A stretch of 55,709 nucleotides of DNA, counting the filler, from Dirinaria sp. TL-2023a (Eukaryota), in NCBI GenBank assembly GCA_051941275.1. It is 4 parts of 4 records of this genome, joined end to end, with 100 filler letters (N's around TTAATTAATTAA, not from the genome) between each part and the next. Parts side by side here need not be neighbours in the genome. Positions count along the whole stretch, not along the records: positions 41,880 to 55,709 come from JAVEBF010000647.1; 3 more parts are not named here. One strand, given 5' to 3'. Shown here piece by piece: positions 46,972 through 55,709 of the stretch. The notes below the pieces were generated by a model that ran no database searches, was not told where the DNA came from, and was given only the letters and a program-made list of their open reading frames with translations. Made by a program: the position numbers and the translations under genes. Numbering within the stretch: position 1 is the first letter of the stretch; each line of letters opens with the position of its first letter.

Positions 46972-47671
46972 TCGAAATTCTACATAATCACCAATCCTAC
47001 GACCTGAGGTCTTCAAGCAGTGAGGAAATCACCCGCGTAAGTTTGGTATGAGGTGTGGTGTGTGAGAGCAAAATGAGGGTGGTGCACGAAAGAATTCTGC
47101 AGAGTGGTGTGCGGGGAGTGGCTACGAAGTACCGACACCCAAGTCCGTATTGCACATTCCCTTAATGGAATAGCGCGTCTTCAAACGAGGCTGCCGCCAA
47201 GGAGAGGATCAGGTGAAAACGAATACTGGCAAGTCGGCCAATAATGGCATGTCGACTAAAAAGCTCGAAATTTCCTTAGAAGCTCTGAATTCTATCACCC
47301 AGCTAAGATCATCCTCCAGAGTCTGCATAGCCACAGCTGCAGCTATTGCAAAGGCGCCGATCCCAGACCTATTATTGCGAACTTTGTCCATGTTCCTCTC
47401 GCTTTGATTAGAAAGGTGCGCACTCGGCCATTTCTAGCACCACTTGGGGCTTCGAGTGGCTACAGCGGACTGACGCCAGGCTGCCAGTATCTTGGCTGCT
47501 CAGCGACTTCGGCTCTCTACACACATGCCACTCGACTAACGACAGTTGAATAGTTCAGCTTTTCGTCATCTCTATCTCCACATAAGTGTCCATGGTCAAT
47601 TATCAGACGAGTCGATAAGCTCATGCTCCCCCGACCTTTCGTTACGACGATGATCATTTTCGTCCTGAGCT

Positions 47672-50600
47672 ATGCCATCCACCCTCTCGCGACTGAAAGC
47701 TCGGCTCCGAAGCCGTAGCACAGAAGACCGACTACGCTCGAGCAACACCCATGATGGCGAGGCGGGGAACAGAGCCATCGACTCGATTACCCACAATCCA
47801 AACCCTGTAAGCAATATTTTCCATATGCCGGCAATCAGACTTTGCTCTGGTCTCCGCAAACTAGCAACAAAGAGCTGACATGTTCTTCTTAGCTTCCAAG
47901 GACCCCATCACCCTCCGATCCTCTCATCGTCGACTCATCCCATCCAAACCTCCCACCCAGCGCAGTCGAGTCAGCTTCCACTACGCCTACTCTTGAACGC
48001 GCACCCTCCAAAAACTCGGCTCCCGAGTTAACCCCATCGCAACAGCTTTGGAATAGAGCATACAATGCCGTCAAGCAAAAAGAACCCAAGTTGATCGATT
48101 CATATGAACGAATTCTGTCTCTTGAATTGCGACAAGATAATTTGCATAGTGATTTGTCTCAGGTTTCTAACCTGGTTGAGCAGGTGAACGAAGCGGAAAG
48201 GTGGCAGCAGATGCGGCAGCTCGTCCAGAAGCGGCTGGCAAGTTTAGAGAAAGAAGAGAAAATGAAGCAGGTCATTGGCACCGGCATTCGAATCGTTCTC
48301 TCCTTTAAGGATGCCATGAGCCAGGCTCTACAGCTGGTGCCTCAAGCAGCTCTGGCTTGGGCAAGCCTCTCGTTTGCCTTACAAGTGAGATCCCTTTTCT
48401 ATACTCTTTTTGACCCAAGTTGACGTTTGGAGATCTTGTTAAATCCCTCCACTGAAAGCCGATCAAATCGGGACGGGACTGCCCATGTCCTTGCCAGAAT
48501 GGGATGGTACTCTGAGTTGTCGGCCCTCGTCTTCGATGACGGTGGGACCTATGCTACATCGTTGGCAGGGATACAAACACAATTAGAAAGCCGAGTTGTG
48601 GACCTCTTTGAGCAGGTAATCTTGTTCCTTGTAAAAAGCGTCTGCTCGTGTTTTAAGAATCGAATTTCCACCGTCCTACGCGACCTACTGAAGCTTGATG
48701 ACTGGAATGGCAGCCTCAAAGGTGTCGAAGATGCGGAGATTTCTGTTCGACGGGACTACAGTGTACTTGATATTCAAGACGTCAGATTCAAATTGGAGGG
48801 AATCTTCCAATCTGTGGGAAGCTTGAAAAGAGCACTAGTTCACGACCAAACGGATCAAACTTGTTTCCAACATTTACGTGTGACCGATCCACGCGACGAT
48901 AAAACCCGCATCGAGAACACTAAAGGTGGCTTGCTACAGGATTCGTATCAGTGGATTCTTGACCACGTGGAATTTCGGCAATGGCGCGAAGACCAACAAA
49001 ACCGGTTGTTTTGGGTTAAAGGCGATCCCGGCAAAGGGAAGACGATGCTGTTGTGTGGCATCATTGACGAGTTGAAGAAACCGAGCGCCCACGACGGACT
49101 TCTGTCGTTCTTCTTTTGCCAAGCTACTGACGATCGCATCAACAGCGCAACAGCAGTGTTGCGCGGTTTAATATTTCTTCTCGTCGATCAGCAGCCATCG
49201 CTCATTTCTCATATCCGGACAAGGTACGATCATGCAGGCCAAAGCCTCTTTGAAGATGTGAATGCTTGGGTGGCTCTGTCAGAGATTTTCTTGAATATCT
49301 TACGAGACCCTGGGATGAAGAATACCTTCTTAGTCATAGACGCTCTCGATGAATGTGCGACAGATCGATCTCTACTTCTTGACTTGATAGTCAAGGAGGC
49401 GTCCGTGCCTTCTAGTGTAAAATGGGTCATATCCAGCCGGAATTGGCCCGAAATCGAAGAAAGATTGGATCTCACGAGACAGAAAGCTACGTTGTGTCTT
49501 GAGCTCAACGATGAGGCAGTCTCTAAAGCTGTCAGCAAGTATATCGAAATAAAAGTGCAGGCTCTGGGGAAAACTAAGCGCTACGACACCAAAACTCAGG
49601 ATCTTGTACAGAAACATTTGAATATTAACGCTGACAACACTTTTCTTTGGGTAGCATTGGCCTGCAGCCATCTTGCAAGAGTTCCTCGATATCAAGCACT
49701 GGCTTGTCTGAAGCAATTTCCGCCAGGTCTCGAACCCTTTTACGAGTCCATGATACAACATATGTGTTCTTCCGAGGAAGTTGGCCTCGACTGCCTCAAG
49801 CGAGTTCTTGCTTTGGTCGGAACCGTGTACCGGCCAATCACCCTGCTGGAAATAAAGGTTCTGATCGACATCCCTGAAGATTTTTCTGATGATCTCAGAT
49901 CACTGGGGGAAATTATTAACCGATGCGGTTCTTTCTTGACACTTCGAGAGCACACTGTGTATTTCGTTCATCAATCGGCTAAAGATTTTTTGTTTCGAAG
50001 AACTCCAAGTTTTATATTTCCTTCTGGTGAGGCGGAGGTTCATTGCAGTATCTTTCGAAAGTCGCTTGAGTCTATGTGTCGGACACTTCGTCGTGACATA
50101 TACGGATTGGGCGCTCCAGGAACCCCTGTCGAGGAAGTAGAAACGCCAGACGCGGATCCATTGGGTGCGATTCGTTATTCTTGTGTCTACTGGGTTGAAC
50201 ATTTAGCGAAGTGGAATTCTGACAGATCTGTAAAAGACGATAATGGCCTTATGTACATCCATACGATCGATGATTTTCTGGAAAAAAAATACCTGTACTG
50301 GCTCGAGGCTTTGAGCCTCATCCATGACCTTTCAGAAGGAACACGTTCGGTTGTTCGGTTGGAAGGCTTGTTCCAGGTATGAGCCAGATCAGTCCACCTT
50401 CGTACGGTATGTCAATAACATAATTAGGACTGGAAGCTCGATTCACAGCCAACTGAGTTATTACAAGATGCACGCCGGTTTATTTTATATCACAAATTCG
50501 TGATAGAGAACTATCCTCTTCAAATATACTGTTCAGCCCTTGTTTTCAGTCCGCTCAACAGCTTGATTCGCCGGAGATATGACGGGGAAGTGCCAACATG

Positions 50601-52788
50601 GATTCGGACTTGTCCGACAATGGAAGAGAACTGGAGTGCCTGTCTTCTCGTACTTGAAGGCCACACGGCAAAAATCCGTTGCGTCCGCTTTTCGCCTGAT
50701 GGCAAGCTTCTCGCATCGGTGTCATCGGATGCGACCGTGAAAGTCTGGGAAGTCATCACTGGCAAGTGCGTACGTACGCTCAAGGTACATGGTCACAATG
50801 TCGAGTCTGTCGCTTTTTCTAGCAGTGGCAAATATCTTGCATCTTTAGAGCTCCGCAAAATAATCATCTGGAACGCGGTAAGCGGCAAGATTCTGCATAC
50901 AATAATAGGACATTTTACCCAGATCTCGTGGTCTCATCCTGAAAAGTCACCTCTTGCTTTTTCGTACGATAGTGAATTCTTAGTCGTGATGTCAGCACGC
51001 CACTCTTTGGAAATATGGAAGATAGTCACCGATAACTGCTCACGAATAGTCGAGCGTCATATCGGTCAATCCGAGGTGCTTGCTCTTTCCCTGAATGGGG
51101 AGTATTTTGCATCAGCAGAAATTGGCCAGGCTAGAGTCTGGGGAGTACATAGTGGTAAATGCTTGCAAACATTCGAGTGTGGTACCGACACCGTTAGAGA
51201 GATGGTCTTTTCGCCTAACGGTAAACGCGTAGCATTCATAGTCAGGGAGGAAACAAGGATCTTGGACAGCCTCAGTGGCGAATGCCTACAAAAATTCCGA
51301 CATGAAGTTTCATCATACGGCTACCCTAAAATCTCCTTTTCGAACGATGGCTTGCGTCTTGCATATTGGTCGACTTCTTGGTGGCGCACTAACCCTCCAC
51401 GAATTTTGGACGTCCTTAGCGGCGAAGATTTACAAACTCTTCCACTGACCAAAGTGCCAGCCGACACCATAGAATTATCTCCTAATGGCAGACTTCTCGC
51501 GTCAATCTCCAACGATGTTGCTATTAGAGTTTGGGATGTATCTGAACGCAAAGGCCTAGGAAAGTTCGGAGGTCATTCTGATCCTAACCAAACGATCGCG
51601 TTCTCTCCTGATACAACGCGTGCCGTCTCGGTATCGATTAAATCTAAAATTCTCCAAGTCTGGGATGTAATTAATGCCAAATGCTTGCACACACTGCAAG
51701 GTCACCATGCTGAGATTTTCTCATTCGACATTTCGAGGAACAGCATGTTCGTTGCGTCGGGATCACGTGATACTACCGTAAGGATCTGGGAACTTTCTCA
51801 CGGCCGATGTTTGCACATTCTTAAAGGACACACTGGTCTAATACAGGAAGTCCTCTTTTCGCAGAGTAACAGACGCCTTGCATCAATATCTAGGGAATCG
51901 GGTGGATACGAAAAGAAAACTAAATATGAAATTAGAATTTGGGACGTAGTCAGCGGCCAATGTCTATCAATTCTCCGAGGATCTGCTGCGAATACTCTTT
52001 GTTCGGCAATCTTTTCCACAGACAGCAAACTTCTTGTATGTTACTTCTACGAGGATTCCACAAAAATATGGGACACGATTAGTGGAGCATGTTTACAAAC
52101 GATTGAACACCGTAGATCTTCATCTTTATACAACCTTGTTTCGATCGGGTTATCTCACGATAATAAGTGGCTCGCGTGCGAATCAAACAATTTCATGGTG
52201 GATGTTTGGGATGTGAGCAGTGGCAAAAACATTAAACAATGTGCAGGCCACGTCAGCGAGATCACATCGATCTGCTTCTCATACGATCACAAATATCTGG
52301 CGTCTTCGTCGTTGGATGAGACTATCAAAGTCTGGGATATGACCGACAGCAAATGCCTCCAAACAATCGATGTCGGTGGACGCATTCTCCACTTGTCGTT
52401 CGATGTCGCCTCCTCGTATCTTCATACTGAAATGGGAGTTTTCTCCCTTGATCTTGCAGTAACCTCGACGTCTGTAAACAATGAAGCTAACAGTAAGAAA
52501 CCACAGCAGCAGGGTTACGGTCTAAGCGCTGACTCTACATGGATTACACACAATTCTGAGAAGCTCGTATGGCTTCCTGCAGAATACCAATCGCAGGATT
52601 TACATCTCAGTGGTTCAACGGTGATTCTGGGTATCAAGAGTGGAAGATTGTTGAATATGAGCTTTGTCGAGTCAGAGGAACTCCTGAGGCAACTTGAACT
52701 TCAGAAATCTCAATCCACCTGTGAAAATCACAGCCAGGGCCAGATGCAAAGCGAAGAAGAGTTGATAAGGACAGTCATAGAGCTTTGA
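47672..52788 (+). CDS. Fungal NLR: NACHT_N-like domain + NACHT + WD40 repeats (HET-E/NWD-like)
   Basis: QLWNRAY..YERIL N-terminal domain, TDPRDDKTRIENTKGGLL, Walker A GDPGKGKT, Walker B FLVIDALDEC, HQSAKDFL and multiple GH..WD repeats. Introns about 47807-47892, 48385-48432 and about 50377-50428. Confidence 0.93.
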
Positions 52789-53873
52789 TCCTGGAAAACT
52801 CCAGCAGAAAGAGAAGTGGAAGTATGCAGATGCCTAGATACGAGAATATCCCCGTCCGACGCGACTTTCCTTTTCTTATCTGCTTCGGGGTGCAACGGTC
52901 TGAGAGACACATTTTGGGCACGGCAGACAAATTGGTCTCTTTGAAGCCGAAGACACTTCCTATAACACTCCCGCCGTTCCTGCAACTAGTATGGTAGTCG
53001 ACTACCCGCAAAATACAGTAGGGCAGTGTCTTCAGAAGCAAAAGTAGCGCCCTTTCCATACTTGACGGATATTTTTTGGACTCTTGGCCCTAGAAATCCT
53101 TGGAAACCCCATTTTGAAGAGTCCTACCCCAGCACTCATACAAATCACAACTGCATATTTCGGAGAATTCTTTCAAAGGTGGATTGCTGGAGTTCTCGCC
53201 GTCAGCTTACCGGATTGTTCGGTAGGAAAGTGCCACTCCCTGTTTGATCAATTATCATCGGAGCTGGAAACCGATGTGAGTCGATCGAAGAAGGATGATT
53301 ATGATGATGATGATTCATGGATGCAATTTGTTTCTAGACTGCAATCAAATTTCTCTCATGTTCTGCAACAGTTCTCATCATCGCTCAAATCATTGCTCTG
53401 GAGAGGAGAGCGTAGTTCCTACAGATGGTGCTTCTATCTATAACCAAAGATATGCATGTTCTTCTATACTCCCCACTGCTTCTCAAGCCAATCAGAGAGT
53501 CAATTTGAATCATTCCAAATCAGGCGACTAGACAGGTAGACATAGGTAAAGTATGTAGGAAATCGTAGAGGGTTGAAAATCTCTCCACCCTTTGACCGTG
53601 ATTGATGGAAGGATGAATTACATAATCATCGGACAGATGTCGGGCCGCTCGATACGCTCGACCTCCAACTGATGACGTGATGCACACCCTGATGAGGGAA
53701 AAGCTGGAGGTTCAGGTACCTCAATAGTGACTTAATCCGAGGTAATGATTTGCGGTGTCAGTATGCGCCGTTGCGTCAGCGTTCAGAATCGTCTCATGGA
53801 GTTTCCCCTCATAGTCGCATCCTGGACTTGTTTGTTCCTTTGTTCATTTCTCGACTGTGGATGAGCATCAGCA

Positions 53874-54972
53874 ATGGCATACACAGCTTCTCTTGCCTCC
53901 CTCATCGTGGCCTTCGCTTCCTTGGCCCACACGCAGAATCTCCAAGTTCCGTTCGTACCAGATACCCAATTTCCAATCCCTTTGCTCGGCTATGGAACAT
54001 GGAACCTAGATAAGTCCAACGTTTCCGATGCCGTTTCCTTCGCACTGCAGACTGGCTATCGGCACCTCGACTGCGCTGCCATCTATAACAACCAGAAGGA
54101 CGTGGGAAAGGGTATTGCCGAAGGTTTGGACAAGATTGGGCTGGACCGTGGGGACATCTGGGTGACTTCGAAGCTATGGAATGATCAGTAGGTCATCCAG
54201 CTTTGCCGAACACCGCAACTGACTCGAAGTGTCAGTCATGGCACAACAGACAACGTCGAAGAAGGCCTCGATATCACCCTCGCGGACCTCGGTCTTGAAT
54301 ATCTCGACCTATATCTGATGCATTGGCCTGTCTCGAGCGCCGATGGACCCAGTAAGCTCGAGTATCTAGACGTGAGCATAGCAAGATCTATCATTGGCCT
54401 GGACCGATGCTAATCACCATAGCCTACAGACATGGCATGCGATGGAGAAGCTACTTGACACGGGCAAAGTCCGCTACATCGGCGTATCCAACTTCGATCC
54501 GCCGCAGCTGAAAGACCTGATCGAACACTCCCGCACCAAGCCTGCGGTTCATCAATTCGAGCTCCATCCATACCTGCAGCAGACCAAATGGGTGCAATGG
54601 CACAAGGATCATGGCATCCACGTCACCGCTTATTCTCCTCTGGCAAACGTCAACCCCACGTACGGAGCACCGAGCGACGAGGACGACCCTCCGCTCTTGC
54701 TCGCGAATGAAGTACTCACGAACATTGCTCTGATACGCGGATGCACGCCCGCGCAGGTAGCGCTCGCATGGGGCATTCACCGCGGCACGAGTGTGATACC
54801 CAAGAGCTCCCATGCCCTGTACATCGAGGAGAATTTCAGAAGCACCAGCTGCGCGCTCCAGGATTCGGATTACGAGGAGATAACAGATCTGGGCAAGAAA
54901 TATTTGAAGAGGTTCAACAACCCCAGCGACGGATACGGCGTGCCGCTCTTCAAAGGCTTGGACGACGCTTGA
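53874..54972 (+). CDS. Aldo-keto reductase with apparent N-terminal signal peptide
   Basis: [16 protein letters not shown] (D, Y), TSKLW (K), LMHWP (H), IGVSNF, QFELHPY, AYSPL and IPKS. Introns 54189-54235 and 54372-54429. Confidence 0.93.
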
Positions 54973-55620
54973 GCAATAGTTGAAGGTAGGGTCTCGGAAA
55001 AAAAAGTCCAAGTAGTATACAGCTCTTCTTAGCGCTCTTTTCAGCATTATAGCAATTCCATATCCTTTTCCCTCCCTACTTCATTAATCAAATGATCACT
55101 GTATCACGCAACCAACCAACCCCACTCCTCACTCTCAGCCCTCTACATAACCTCATACCCGTGTGAAATCACCTTCCTATCACCCCACCGCACGCTCGCA
55201 GTCCAAAACGCCAGATTGAAAACCCAAATATATATGCACCGCCATCCTCTACACAACCTCCCCATTACGATAACCATCCATCAACCCCCTACCTCCACGA
55301 AAAAAGTATCAAGAAAGATACGCACTGCCCCACATCCGTAGCGCCACAGCCACGTCTCGCCCTCTCAGTCTATAACCGTCACCCGCGGCGCTAACAAGGC
55401 GAAGAGGAAGCATGGAGGAGCATATTCCGGGCCGGAACTTTGCATGGCTGAGATAGTGATTATCGCGCTGTAATTGCTGTTCGTGGATCTGATGCATCTT
55501 TGCCCCCACAGAGGCATCAAACGCATACTCGAGCGCCACTTCCTCAGCCCCCTTATCCACCGTCCCAGCCTGGCCCCAATATCAACAACATCGATCCCCG
55601 ATCCTCAAAATAACGCTGCT

Positions 55621-55691
55621 TTAACGTCCCCGCTCCACATCCTCAATATCAAAAGTGCGGTCTACCTTCCTTACCCCTTCCATCTCGCGCT
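55621..55691 (-). CDS. Possible terminal exon of a truncated gene (..REMEGVRKVDRTFDIEDVERGR*)
   Basis: TAAC..TTCAG acceptor at the contig end, followed by a short open frame. Confidence 0.25.
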
Positions 55692-55709
55692 CTGAACGGA
55701 GGTGAGTTA

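Noticed and set aside
52785..53531. Short ORFs downstream of the NLR
   Set aside because: Fragmentary frames with no identifiable family.

Overview
Eukaryotic DNA from a filamentous ascomycete (Pezizomycotina-type short GT-AG introns with CTRAY branch points). The window is not one locus. It is four contigs (1-13881, 13982-27833, 27934-41779, 41880-55709; 13881, 13852, 13846 and 13830 bp, in descending length) joined by artificial N44-TTAATTAATTAA-N44 spacers. Contig 1 is housekeeping: intron-containing tRNA-Ser(UGA), FEN1, glutaryl-CoA dehydrogenase, a PhyH-type dioxygenase, mitochondrial citrate carrier, protein-isoaspartate methyltransferase, MAM33 and NADPH oxidase NoxB. Contig 2 has an LRR protein, primase large subunit, a patatin lipase and NTH1. 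Contig 3 has the most unusual element. Three tandem, strongly diverged, unrecognised membrane-protein paralogs, plus a divergent small membrane gene, share a conserved upstream cassette: a GAACAAY-N6-ATTGTTC palindrome, then 57-58 bp later 2-3 copies of GAACAA-N4-ATTGAGT. The cassette resembles HMG-box and mating-type factor sites (inference). Contig 3 also has a head-to-head TM-protein/PAQR pair and an HST3/4-like sirtuin. Contig 4 is accessory-like: a RING protein, degenerate ORFs, a NACHT-WD40 NLR and an aldo-keto reductase with an apparent signal peptide. Gene names come from recognising motifs by eye; no searches were run.
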